Made by a program: the position numbers and the translations under genes. The notes beneath the pieces are model-generated. The model did not search any database and was not told where the DNA came from. It saw nothing but the letters and a program-made list of their open reading frames with translations. A stretch of 36,014 nt of DNA from an uncultured Candidatus Saccharibacteria bacterium (GTDB lineage: Bacteria; Patescibacteriota; Minisyncoccia; UBA6257; 1-14-0-10-40-38), in assembly GCA_964434715.1 (NCBI GenBank), contig CAYSWC010000001.1, positions 101,037 to 137,050 of the forward strand. The letters are read 5' to 3'. Below are positions 1-9,292 of the stretch, piece by piece; position 1 is the first letter of the stretch; every line of letters begins with the position of its first letter.

Positions 1-383
1 AGTGGAACCTCGCCTTCGTCTCTTACCACCACGTCGACAAGCGCGTTGGTTAGAGTCTCTTTGGCCATCAAGGTGGGATGCACCCCTCCCCAGACAATCT
101 TTGTTTCCGGGGAAAGCTTCTTCGCCAAAGCACTCGCCTCCAGTCCGTAGAGGATCTGGGGGCAGGTCATGGAGGACACTCCGAAGCACAGCGGCGCGCT
201 CGTGAGTTCCTCGCTCAATCGCTCGCGCCAGTCGGGTTCCACCCGCTGGTCAATGAGCACCACATCGAACTCGTCTCGGAGATAGGACGCGAGATAAAGA
301 ATCGCGAGCGGCAAGTCTACGCTTACTCCTACGACGTCAAAACCGGTGTTGGGGAAAAACAGCACGACCTTGCGTCTATCCAT
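1..383 (-). CDS. B12-binding-domain protein, probably the N-terminus of a class B (cobalamin-dependent) radical SAM enzyme; partial, runs off the left edge
   Basis: Not in the ORF track because there is no stop in the window. Hand translation from ATG at 383-381, with GGAGAG 5 nt upstream, gives MDRRKVVLFFPNTGFDVVGVSVDLPLAILYLASYLRDEFDVVLIDQRVEPDW...CFGVSSMTCPQILYGLEASALAKKLSPETKIVWGGVHPTLMAKETL...VVVRDEGEV. This is the usual layout of the Rossmann-like B12-binding domain that precedes radical SAM cores. The CxxxCxxC core would lie outside the window. Confidence 0.55.
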   Translation of the reverse strand, partial: MDRRKVVLFFPNTGFDVVGVSVDLPLAILYLASYLRDEFDVVLIDQRVEPDWRERLSEELTSAPLCFGVSSMTCPQILYGLEASALAKKLSPETKIVWGGVHPTLMAKETLTNALVDVVVRDEGEVP

Positions 384-502
384 GTTTTCTCTCCTTGTCA
401 GTTGCTGGCTTTATTGTTGATGGGAAAGAACAGAAAGCTAGTTTAAGAATACCGTACCCTACTAGTCTAGTCAACCAACAACGAGCTCTGGTATTAACAG
501 CT

Positions 503-2332
503 TCATCGCCGGATTTTGTAAATTTTTACCGAGCCGTTCTCATAAACCAATGATAAGTCAGGATCTTGGCTAAAATCGACATCGGTAAACTCTCGCTCCA
601 AGGGTCCTAAATAGACGAAATCGAGGTCCAGATCTCGCCAGTTAACTCTAAACGCTCGGTAGCGATCTAATAATTCGGTGATTTTATCCTCTGGAATGGC
701 TCGATTAGGCGGATCGGCCGGATCCTGAAAATAAAGCTGATAGAGGAAAAATCTGGTCGCGAAGATATTGTTTATGATATAGGGTTTATCGCAGTCGGAT
801 AGACATTTGAGCCCCTGACCGTCGCGGAGTCTTTTTAGAAAAACTTCCTCGGTTACTTTAAAAAGTTTATTAGACCAAAGAAATCGCTCTTCCATTTCAT
901 AATTGGAAAAGGGCGTAACCCCTGACCAAGGAAGTATTGGTCTTGCCGCAGTCATGCCAGTAAGATAAACAGAGGTCACAAAAGAAGGGGAAACCACATA
1001 GGGTTCTCCGGACTGTTTTTCCATCCAGTCAAAGGAATCCAAAAGATCCTGCGGCAAAGTGTATCGCGTAAGTATCTTAGGGGGCGGATCTAAAAAAACG
1101 AAAGCATTTACGGCTTTTTTAGCGATGAGTAACGCCGCGGCTAAAATCAATACTGCCGCGGTAATTTTTTTTATACTTGGCCAGAGATCGGCCAGTTTGG
1201 TAAGCGCCTGATAGCCGAGCATAAAGATTGTCAAAAATAGAAGCGGGTTTATGGCCCTCGGCCAGTGATCCGAGTGCGGCACAAAGCCGGTAACAACCTG
1301 AATATTCCAAACGATAAAAGCAGCGATAAGAAATGAACCGAAAAGCAGGAATTGAACCCTGTCCTTTTTAAACGACCAATAAACCAATAAGAGAAGAATT
1401 GAGTAAATCAGATAATTAGGCCAAGCGGTCAAATTTAACGAATGTCCCAGCTCGAGCGATAGCCTCTCAATGTAGTCAGCGGCACCGGGCAGGGCCTTAA
1501 GTCTAAAATAGTTTACAAAGTACGGAATACTAATAAGCAAAATTACGGCTATGAGAATCATAAAATTTTTGAGCCGCTTTTTGTCAAGGCGCAGAAAAAT
1601 CAGAGTCAATAGAAATAAGACGGCGATCACGACAATCCAGTAGGTCCATTTATGAAAATAGGTATAGAAAAGCAATCCGGCTGACCCTCCGGCTAAGAGG
1701 GCGTTACGAAAGTTGGGATTCCGCCAAAACATAACGAGGAAGACAATAGCCGGGAGATATATCACGTGAGTTAAGAGCGGGTAATCAACCCGGCCGAAAA
1801 ACAATGCTGGAAGCGGCGTATTGACTAACGGATAAAAATTTTTAAGCACAATATTCCCGAGGTTGGCTAAACTCATGAACGCCTGATCAGTAAGCAGCGC
1901 CAAGGGCGTGAGCGTGCCGACCAAACTAAAAACCAAGGACCATAACCATTCTTTTTTAAATAGGAGTTGTCCCAACACAAAAAAACCAATAAACAAAATG
2001 GCGGTATAGAAGAACAGCGCTCCCACATAGGCGAGACTTATATCTTTGAAGATGACGATTGAGGCCGCGAGCAGCGCCGGCGGTATCCAAGGGTAGATAT
2101 TAGGCAGGCGCTCCTTAGCAAACATGTCGCCGGGCGGGAAATGTCCTTCAGAAACTTCACGGGCAAACTGAAAATAAGAATCGCCGCCGTCATCCAAAGT
2201 GATAAACTGGGAAGCCACAAAAGTTTGGCCAGAGTCTTCCAGATTTTTTTTAATAAAAAGCTGGGGGGCGATATGCAACGCGCCCACTAAAATCGCCGTA
2301 AGCATAACGACGAAGGGAAGAAATTTTCGCAT
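503..2332 (-). CDS. Polytopic integral membrane protein with a soluble C-terminal domain of about 190 aa; possible GT-C-fold glycosyltransferase or glycan polymerase
   Basis: 609-aa ORF with an ATG start. It is a long series of helix-length hydrophobic segments followed by a hydrophilic tail (YVVSPSFVTSVYLTGMTAARPILPW...). The acidic first loop (TLDDGGDSYFQFAREV) resembles the first extracytoplasmic loop of GT-C enzymes. The function is inference only. Confidence 0.55.
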   Translation of the reverse strand: MRKFLPFVVMLTAILVGALHIAPQLFIKKNLEDSGQTFVASQFITLDDGGDSYFQFAREVSEGHFPPGDMFAKERLPNIYPWIPPALLAASIVIFKDISLAYVGALFFYTAILFIGFFVLGQLLFKKEWLWSLVFSLVGTLTPLALLTDQAFMSLANLGNIVLKNFYPLVNTPLPALFFGRVDYPLLTHVIYLPAIVFLVMFWRNPNFRNALLAGGSAGLLFYTYFHKWTYWIVVIAVLFLLTLIFLRLDKKRLKNFMILIAVILLISIPYFVNYFRLKALPGAADYIERLSLELGHSLNLTAWPNYLIYSILLLLVYWSFKKDRVQFLLFGSFLIAAFIVWNIQVVTGFVPHSDHWPRAINPLLFLTIFMLGYQALTKLADLWPSIKKITAAVLILAAALLIAKKAVNAFVFLDPPPKILTRYTLPQDLLDSFDWMEKQSGEPYVVSPSFVTSVYLTGMTAARPILPWSGVTPFSNYEMEERFLWSNKLFKVTEEVFLKRLRDGQGLKCLSDCDKPYIINNIFATRFFLYQLYFQDPADPPNRAIPEDKITELLDRYRAFRVNWRDLDLDFVYLGPLEREFTDVDFSQDPDLSLVYENGSVKIYKIRR

Positions 2333-2357
2333 AACTAGTATAGCTACAAATTTAATG

Positions 2358-3716
2358 CTAGATAATGCGTTCTATAAAATCAACGGCGCGCTTATAAGAG
2401 AGGCCGTCGCGGTACGGTATGTAGAGCTGGGCCACTCGTTCACGATTCTCGCGATCAAGTTCTGGATGCTTGAGATATTCTTTGATCGTCTCCAAAAGTC
2501 CCTTGAGGTCGTGAGCGACGCGTACCGCGCCAAATTTGACTAGCGGCCGATAGTAAGACGCTTCCTCATAGTAGTACTTGTTTTGAAAGGGTCTCGTGGG
2601 GTCAATAAAATTTATAACCGGCTTTCCAAAGAGACATGATTCGAGCGAGATGGTTGACTTGTAATTTATGTTGACGTCGCTATAGAGGAGCGTGGCCTTG
2701 AGATTCATAAAATCTTCATCGTCCATCTCGATTTGAGTCCGACCGGTATTTCTGACCAGAACTGGCTTTCCAGCTGCTTCCACCCGAACCGCCGGCAGAT
2801 TCAAAAACTCGGCGTAGCGCTCAAGTTTATCAAAGGGATGAAGCCGGATTAAAAGATTTAGCTGCGGGAATTCGCGTTTACGCCAATCAAGAATCGCCCG
2901 AATATAATCTTTTTCAAAGCTCTCGGCTTTAGCGCCGACGGTGGCAAAAAGAATGGTCGGCTGGTCCGGGCCAAGACCTTTCCCACGGAGAAATTCCTTC
3001 CGGCTTGGAAGAGCAATCTTATTAGTAAAGTACCGATCAAAACGGGCACTGCCGGTAACCAAGACGCGACTCTCTGGAAATCGGTGAAGATTAACGGCTG
3101 CCTCACGCACCAGCTCGTTCCAGACAAAAAGATAATCCGGCTTACGGATGCGCACCGCCTTAAAACCGGTCAAATTGTCCCAGCTGAAGTTGGTGGCGAG
3201 CGTGGGAATACCGGCTTTCTGTGCCAAAATAATAGCCTCGGCATCGAAAACCTGAATCCCCGGCGTGGCAGTCATAACCAAGGCCGGCCGGTAACGCGCC
3301 AGGTAAGTTTCAAAAAGGGGGGAACGCCTGGTTAAAGCCGACTCAAGTTTGGTTAAGGTGTCAATAGTTAGCCAGGGAGAAAAAGGATAAGAAAGCGCGC
3401 GCAAGAGCCGGGCGCGCTTATCTCTAAGAAACGCCTGGGACTGGTAATAGACTGAAACGCCGGTTAAATCATCAAGTTCGTGAAGCGCCGCCGAGCGCAA
3501 CCGCTTGAATGTGGCAGCCAGCTTGGGATTCTGCAGACGCCAGGGCAGGTATTCAATATTCGGGCCGGAAAAATAGCGACGTCCTTCGCTGCTTTCGGAA
3601 ATCGAGCTGGTAAACACCACCGCCCGATATTTACTGGTTAAATACTGGATATAGCCGGTTCTAAGCAAATCGGATATAAAAAGAGGGTTTTTGAGAAATA
3701 AAAAAACTGTCTTCAT
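2358..3716 (-). CDS. GT-B-like surface carbohydrate biosynthesis protein (TagF / capsule-synthesis-like); candidate glycerophospho- or nonulosonate transferase
   Basis: 452-aa ORF with an ATG start. The pattern LIRLHPFD ... LLYSDVNINYKSTISLESCLFGKPVINF resembles the HP / SS-x-E / KP-hydrophobic pattern of TagF-type and capsule transferases. It is a clear paralog of 20450-21787, sharing SWDN[LI]T and [FY]DRY[FV] blocks. Confidence 0.5.
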   Translation of the reverse strand: MKTVFLFLKNPLFISDLLRTGYIQYLTSKYRAVVFTSSISESSEGRRYFSGPNIEYLPWRLQNPKLAATFKRLRSAALHELDDLTGVSVYYQSQAFLRDKRARLLRALSYPFSPWLTIDTLTKLESALTRRSPLFETYLARYRPALVMTATPGIQVFDAEAIILAQKAGIPTLATNFSWDNLTGFKAVRIRKPDYLFVWNELVREAAVNLHRFPESRVLVTGSARFDRYFTNKIALPSRKEFLRGKGLGPDQPTILFATVGAKAESFEKDYIRAILDWRKREFPQLNLLIRLHPFDKLERYAEFLNLPAVRVEAAGKPVLVRNTGRTQIEMDDEDFMNLKATLLYSDVNINYKSTISLESCLFGKPVINFIDPTRPFQNKYYYEEASYYRPLVKFGAVRVAHDLKGLLETIKEYLKHPELDRENRERVAQLYIPYRDGLSYKRAVDFIERII

Positions 3717-3745
3717 TTTGATTATCTGGCAGTCGTCTCAAAATA

Positions 3746-4522
3746 TTACCAGCTAGTCCAGCCTCCGTCCACCACCAGATTGGCGCCGGTCATATAACTT
3801 GAAGCTTCCGAGACTAGAAATAAAATCGCGCCGTTATACTCGTCCCGCTTAGCCATCCGGCCGAGAAGGGTGCGGGCGCTATAGGCTCGCAGGAAATCGC
3901 GATTATGGCCGGCAAAAACTCCTCCGGGCGTAAGCGTATTAACCCGGATTCCGGTCCCCCGAAGGTAGGATGCGAGCGAGCGTGTAAAGTTGGGTACGGC
4001 GCCCTTGACAGTGGCATAGCCGATTGATTTGAATTTGCCGCGATCGTAGATACGATTGTCCGGCCCTACTAAACCATAGGTGGAGCTGATGTTAATAATT
4101 GATCCGCTTTTCTGTTTTTTCATAATCGGGATTACGGCTTGAGAACATAAAAACATACCCGTCAAACCCACGGCTATTTCCCGCTGCCAAAGATCTAACC
4201 GGTAACGCTCATAAGGACGGAATTGTTCTCTGGATTCAGCTGTCCCGGGAACCGGATTTAAAGCGGCATTATTGATAAGCGCATCTAGACGGCCATATTT
4301 ATGAATAATTTCTTTTATGGTCTTACGGATTTCGTCTTTTTTGGTAATGTCAACCTGGCGGTAATCGTACTTTTTTAAAGCGGGATTTTCTTTAACATCA
4401 AAAATCACAATGCGGCCGCCCGCTGCTGATAGCGTCCGCGCGTACTCAACTCCGAGCATGCCGGCTCCGCCGGTAATAATTATAACCCGGCCTGGCAAAG
4501 AAAATAAATTTGGCAGTTTCAT
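3746..4522 (-). CDS. Short-chain dehydrogenase/reductase (SDR) family oxidoreductase
   Basis: 258 aa. Motifs are ITGGAGMLG (TGxxxGxG), NNAA, and Ser ... YATVKGAV (YxxxK). There is a 4-nt overlap with the upstream gene. Confidence 0.9.
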   Translation of the reverse strand: MKLPNLFSLPGRVIIITGGAGMLGVEYARTLSAAGGRIVIFDVKENPALKKYDYRQVDITKKDEIRKTIKEIIHKYGRLDALINNAALNPVPGTAESREQFRPYERYRLDLWQREIAVGLTGMFLCSQAVIPIMKKQKSGSIINISSTYGLVGPDNRIYDRGKFKSIGYATVKGAVPNFTRSLASYLRGTGIRVNTLTPGGVFAGHNRDFLRAYSARTLLGRMAKRDEYNGAILFLVSEASSYMTGANLVVDGGWTSW

Positions 4523-5520
4523 AATATAATCTTTTTCTTGGTTATCGAATCCTTAATGGCCAAGGCCATTCTTAACACCTCCCGACCGGTACCGAAATCA
4601 ACGAGTGGTTTTTCTTTGCCTCGGATACAGCGAAGGAAATGCTTCAATTCTTCCAAAAACATGGTATTCCGTTCAAAGCCCTTTGACTCGCGCCTGATGC
4701 GGGGAACGGCTTTTTGTTTAAACGGCAAGAAGCTCAAGGTTTTATCTTGATAATCCCAAATCATTCGCCCCTTGGTTCCCACAACTTCAAACCGACGCTT
4801 GGGCGGTCTTTCCAGATAATCCATTGATAGAGTAGCAATCAAGCCGGATTTAAACTCAATGACTGCCTGTGCTAAATCCTCAACATCAATATCTAAATCG
4901 CTTTTACGACCACCAAAAGCAACAAGTCGTTTGGGTTTCCCAAAAAACCAATAGAGATAATCCAGCTCATGACTTTGGGTTAAAACCACGCCGCCGCCCA
5001 AATCATCTCTTGCCGCATAGGTTTTCCGGTAATCTTCCCAGGGGTGCCAATCGGGTAAGTATTCGCCGATTTCAGCGTGAGCGGAGACGGGCCTGCCGAT
5101 TTTACCGGTATCCAGCCATTGCTTCATTTTGCGGAGCAATGGGTGGAATCGAAAGTTATAACCGACGTAACCAACTAACCGTTTCTTCTTAGCTTCATCA
5201 ATTAATGTCTCTAATCCCTCCAGTCGGTGAGCAAGCGGTTTCTCGGTAAAAACATGCGCGCCGCTCTCAAGAGCGCGCCGGGCTATGGAGATATGTAAGG
5301 CGGTCGGATTGGTGATGATTACGGCATCGGGCTTGAGCGTGAGCGCCTTTTCTAAATCATAGAAAATCGTCGGCTGAAATTTCTTGATAAAGGCGGCGAT
5401 AAAATCCGGATTGGCGCCGCGGCCAGTGCGATAGACAAAAATATCGCCGGCGCCCAAGGCAAGAAGATTCCGGTAATGACGCTGCCCTATTGAACCAAGT
5501 CCGGTGATAAGAAATTTCAT
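4519..5520 (-). CDS. Gfo/Idh/MocA family NAD(P)-dependent oxidoreductase
   Basis: 333 aa. It has an N-terminal ITGLGSIGQRH Rossmann motif and the FTEKPLA signature. There are 4-nt overlaps at both ends. Confidence 0.88.
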   Translation of the reverse strand: MKFLITGLGSIGQRHYRNLLALGAGDIFVYRTGRGANPDFIAAFIKKFQPTIFYDLEKALTLKPDAVIITNPTALHISIARRALESGAHVFTEKPLAHRLEGLETLIDEAKKKRLVGYVGYNFRFHPLLRKMKQWLDTGKIGRPVSAHAEIGEYLPDWHPWEDYRKTYAARDDLGGGVVLTQSHELDYLYWFFGKPKRLVAFGGRKSDLDIDVEDLAQAVIEFKSGLIATLSMDYLERPPKRRFEVVGTKGRMIWDYQDKTLSFLPFKQKAVPRIRRESKGFERNTMFLEELKHFLRCIRGKEKPLVDFGTGREVLRMALAIKDSITKKKIIL

Positions 5521-6245
5521 GAAAGTTTCAATTTTTTTAAGGCGGCGGCGACTGTTTTTAGGTCTTCCGGGCTGTCAAGATCAAGCGAGCGCTCGGGGTC
5601 CGTTATAAACCCACGCATATCAGGCCCGAAAACCCGACCTTGTTTTATAAACTTGGCGCGCGTAGCATCAACTAAGCCGTTTTGCCAATAAACCTTAGGC
5701 AGGAGCTGTCGAGGAACATCCGTGCCTAACTTTTTGAAGTAACGGGTAGGCAGAAGCGGTTTCATCTTCTTAGTCTTATGTTCCAGAAACCACATTTTAA
5801 AAGGATTATGCGGATAAGGCAGAGAGACTGATTTAACCGAATCGCACTTGATCTCACGCATAAACCGCACCACGCCGTCGATATCGCGGTAAGTTCGGAG
5901 CGGCGAAGTCGGACGGAGAATCACTATTATCTCCGGCTGCCAGCCCCGATGGTTCGCTAGCCACTTTAGAGCATGCTTTAAAAATTCAATGTCCGGCGAT
6001 TGATCGCGTGCATACCTCTGAGGACGGATAAAAGGAACATCGGCGCCCCAATATCGCGCCGTCCTGGCGATTTTAAAATCATCGGTTGAGACAATAAAGG
6101 CGTCAAGGAGTTTAGACTTTTTGGCTTCCCGAATCGTATAGTATATTAGAGGCTTGCCGAGAAGCGGAGCGATATTCTTATAGGGAATACTTTTGGAGCC
6201 GCCTCGAGCCGGAATAATTCCTAAAATAGCTACGGATTTTCTCAT
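5517..6245 (-). CDS. neuA: CMP-nonulosonate (acylneuraminate) cytidylyltransferase family protein
   Basis: 242 aa. The N-terminal IIPARGGSKSIPYKNI is the hallmark of the CMP-NeuAc/CMP-Kdo synthetase (CTP_transf_3) family. The exact sugar is unknown. Confidence 0.85.
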   Translation of the reverse strand: MRKSVAILGIIPARGGSKSIPYKNIAPLLGKPLIYYTIREAKKSKLLDAFIVSTDDFKIARTARYWGADVPFIRPQRYARDQSPDIEFLKHALKWLANHRGWQPEIIVILRPTSPLRTYRDIDGVVRFMREIKCDSVKSVSLPYPHNPFKMWFLEHKTKKMKPLLPTRYFKKLGTDVPRQLLPKVYWQNGLVDATRAKFIKQGRVFGPDMRGFITDPERSLDLDSPEDLKTVAAALKKLKLS

Positions 6246-6309
6246 TGCTCCATACTATAACATCTTTGCCGCTTGGTCGGTTGCCCGATTAGATGCCGCC
6301 TAAACCCAG

Positions 6310-8244
6310 ATGAAAAATAACCGAAGAATATTCGCGTTTCAAAATAAGCTCTACTATTCACTCAACCGCTATCTTAACTCTGAACAAGAGAACGCCGAAA
6401 CCGCTAGAGAGATTGCCGAAGGCTATAAGAAACTCTGGCCGTTTTTTAAAGATATTCCGACCGCGCCCCAAACAATAGGCGCGCCTTTTTTGCGTCTTGC
6501 TGATTATCAACATACTCCCTATCGCCAAACACTAACCAAGTTGGCTGACTTTGCACGAACCAAACTAGCGCCCTATCTAAGAACCTTTTTTATTCACGGC
6601 AGTCTGGCGACTATGGATTTTGTTCCGGGATTTAGCGATCTTGACACGCTCCTGGTTCTTAAGCAGGAAATTTGTATTAATTCCCAAAGATTGGAGAATC
6701 TCCGGCAAAAAATACAGGCGGCAAAAAAAATGTTAAGGGTGGTGGATCCGCTTGAACATCATGGATTTATTTTCTCTAATGAGCAAAATCTTAATTATTA
6801 TCCCCAACACTATCTGCCGATAACGGTTTTGCGGTATGCGAAGGTTTTAGGCGGGACCCGGTCCCTGACTTTCAATCTCCGCGATTCTTCGGAAGAGGCA
6901 AAAGAAAATTTTTATCACTACTACAATATCTTTAAAGAAATTGCAAAGACTGGCGTTATTAAAAACAAACCGGGGGGGCCGGAATACCAGCTCAAATGGT
7001 TTGTGAGCATGCTCCTTCTGATGCCCAGTTTATATCTCCAGGCCAAGGGGATTTATCTTTATAAAAAATATTCTTTTGATCTCGTCAGGCATCCCTTCCT
7101 GGATAAATTACAAAATGCCAGAAAAAATTTTAAAAATGCCGAAAAGATATTGGGCAGAAATTATTTTAAGCAAGCGCTTGATATGCTTCAGGAATGGCGC
7201 CGAGATCTTCTGGCTTATGAGAAAAAAAGAAAATTCATAAATAATCCTAAAAAACTGCCGCTCGTGATCTATCAAAAAGCGCGCCGGGAATTAATTGGGC
7301 ATTTCCGTAAAAATTCCGACGTTTTGGCTCTCTACGAATATGGTTCAGTCAGCGCGCCGGGGATCAGCGATTTAGATCTGATTTTGGTAACCAGAGAAAA
7401 ATTAAAAAATAAATTTATTTATCCTGCCGGACCGAATATCGACAGAGTCGCCAAGGGGACGCTGATGGTAATGCCAAAAAATCTTTTCGCTGATATTAAA
7501 ATCTTTGACGCCGTCAGATTAAAAAAAGTTTTCGGGGAAAGGATTAAAATTAAAGAACTAACCAAGGTAGCTCTGAAATTACGATTGGTGGCGAGCGTTA
7601 TTGACTGGCTGCCGGAACGTTTAATTCGCGTTACTTCAATGTTGCATCGCAATCCTTTGGATATCCAGTACGCCCTCCGTTATCTCCGTTCTTTCGCCTA
7701 CTCCGTCGAAAACGCGCGCAAGCTCATAAATTTCCACGGCTATCCGGAATTTATGAGCAACCTGCGGGAGATGAGAAAAAATTGGCAACCGCAAAGAAAA
7801 AAAGAGCTCTTGGCGCTGATCAAGCGGGCAGTCTATTTGGGTTATGAAGCGCTTTCCGCCTTTACGGAAAAATACGCAAAAGCTTGGCCGGGCGCGGCAG
7901 GCGAACTTACTCTCTTCAGCGGCCAAAAAATCATATTCACCAACCAGAGAGAAAAAATTGACCCGGATTGGGCTATGGCCCAGTCAACACCGGCATTAAC
8001 CAAGGTTTTTGTGAGCGCCAAGCTGCTGCCGCATTTCTTGCTTTATAGCAGGCAATCCGGGACGCTGGCGGCAGAAATGAAAAATAAACTCGCCGCCCGC
8101 GGCCGGGGAATTATTAAGAACGCTGCTTACGAACTTTTTTTGAAAAAGAAATTCGGTTTAGCTACAAAGTGTGCAGAATTTTTAAGGCAGAATGGATTTA
8201 AGTCCGGCTTATACCGGTTCGGCTTCTACTTTAAACCGAAGTAG
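6310..8244 (+). CDS. Uncharacterised protein with two tandem pol-beta-superfamily (minimal) nucleotidyltransferase motifs
   Basis: 644 aa with an ATG start. HGSLATMDFVPGFSDLDTLLVL lies at nt 6595-6660 and YGSVSAPGISDLDLILVT at nt 7339-7392. Both fit hG[GS]-x(9-13)-D-h-D-h, and each is followed by a helical region. It is the only plus-strand gene within about 21 kb and is Lys-rich and AT-rich. Confidence 0.6.
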   Translation: MKNNRRIFAFQNKLYYSLNRYLNSEQENAETAREIAEGYKKLWPFFKDIPTAPQTIGAPFLRLADYQHTPYRQTLTKLADFARTKLAPYLRTFFIHGSLATMDFVPGFSDLDTLLVLKQEICINSQRLENLRQKIQAAKKMLRVVDPLEHHGFIFSNEQNLNYYPQHYLPITVLRYAKVLGGTRSLTFNLRDSSEEAKENFYHYYNIFKEIAKTGVIKNKPGGPEYQLKWFVSMLLLMPSLYLQAKGIYLYKKYSFDLVRHPFLDKLQNARKNFKNAEKILGRNYFKQALDMLQEWRRDLLAYEKKRKFINNPKKLPLVIYQKARRELIGHFRKNSDVLALYEYGSVSAPGISDLDLILVTREKLKNKFIYPAGPNIDRVAKGTLMVMPKNLFADIKIFDAVRLKKVFGERIKIKELTKVALKLRLVASVIDWLPERLIRVTSMLHRNPLDIQYALRYLRSFAYSVENARKLINFHGYPEFMSNLREMRKNWQPQRKKELLALIKRAVYLGYEALSAFTEKYAKAWPGAAGELTLFSGQKIIFTNQREKIDPDWAMAQSTPALTKVFVSAKLLPHFLLYSRQSGTLAAEMKNKLAARGRGIIKNAAYELFLKKKFGLATKCAEFLRQNGFKSGLYRFGFYFKPK

Positions 8245-9292
8245 GCCAATTTAAAGCTTCTAGCGGTATTAGCGTATCCTCGGTAATTCCAAAGGGGGCG
8301 ATTTTGCCATATAACTCGGTTAGATATTTGGGTTTTAGGCCATTGCCCGGTCCTTTAACCGCGAGCATCTCCGCCGTTATTAGAGTTCCTTTGGTTATGG
8401 AGGTCTTGGCCACAATGCTTTTGGCTAACCGAATTCTGACCTCTTTTTCAGCTGCGCTGACAACTTTCTCGCCGGTGCCCAGAGCCGATTCCGAATGACG
8501 GATATATTTAATCATTTTCTCCAATCCCTGGGGTTCGAGCGAGGCGGCATGATCAGGGCCAATCAGGGTGCGGTCAATAGTGAAATGTTTTTCAATAACA
8601 TCGGCGCCCAAAGCTACCGCTACTGCCGGAATGGCTACCCCCTTATCGTGACTGGAATAACCCACCGGTAGCCCGTATCTTTCTTTTAATTTCTTAATCG
8701 CCTTCAAATTAACTTCCTCGTCCAGACAAGGATAATTGGAAACGCAATGGAGTAAAATCAGCTGGTCGTTATATTTTTTGATTGTGGAGACGGCCTCATC
8801 AATTTCCTCCATTGTTGACATGCCGGTTGAAACCATAAGCGGCCTGCCCTTTTTGGCTACGTGCTCTAATAATGGCAAGTTGGTTAAATCAGCCGAAGGA
8901 ATTTTAAAGTAAGGCACGTCTAAGCCTTGAACAAAATCAGCGCTTTTGGGATCCCAGACGCTGGCTGAAAAAATAAGTCCCTTACTTCGGGCAAAATCGT
9001 TTAATTCCCGCCAAACGTCTTCTGACAATTCCAGCTTGGCCCGGTGTTCTCCATAAGTCGGGGCAAGAGCCGTGGGCTTAAGATAGGGCGAATTCAATGC
9101 CTCTTTAGTTAAAATATCTTCATTGGTTCTTTTCTGAAACTTAACCGCATCAACTCCCGCCTCGGCGGCAATAGCAATAAGTTTTTTAGCCAGAGCCGGG
9201 TCGCCGTTATGATTGACGCCGGCTTCAGCCACGATAAAACAGGGCTGACCGGCGCCTACTGGACGGTTTCCAATTTTTACTACCGATTTCAT
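8231..9292 (-). CDS. neuB: N-acylneuraminate / nonulosonate synthase (NeuB family, with C-terminal SAF/antifreeze-like domain)
   Basis: 353 aa. Motifs are FIVAEAGVNHNGD, DAVKFQKRT, LLHCVSNYP, GYSSHDKG and IEKHFTIDR, with a SAF-like tail IVAKTSITKGTLITAEML. The 3' end overlaps the convergent plus-strand gene by 14 nt. Confidence 0.9.
   Translation of the reverse strand: MKSVVKIGNRPVGAGQPCFIVAEAGVNHNGDPALAKKLIAIAAEAGVDAVKFQKRTNEDILTKEALNSPYLKPTALAPTYGEHRAKLELSEDVWRELNDFARSKGLIFSASVWDPKSADFVQGLDVPYFKIPSADLTNLPLLEHVAKKGRPLMVSTGMSTMEEIDEAVSTIKKYNDQLILLHCVSNYPCLDEEVNLKAIKKLKERYGLPVGYSSHDKGVAIPAVAVALGADVIEKHFTIDRTLIGPDHAASLEPQGLEKMIKYIRHSESALGTGEKVVSAAEKEVRIRLAKSIVAKTSITKGTLITAEMLAVKGPGNGLKPKYLTELYGKIAPFGITEDTLIPLEALNWPTSV

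Noticed and set aside
2-446. Plus-strand ORFs 2-205 and 78-446 from the ORF track
   Set aside because: They are Arg/Pro/Ser-rich shadow frames with no recognisable motifs. The opposite strand encodes a convincing B12-binding-domain protein with an SD and ATG at 383.
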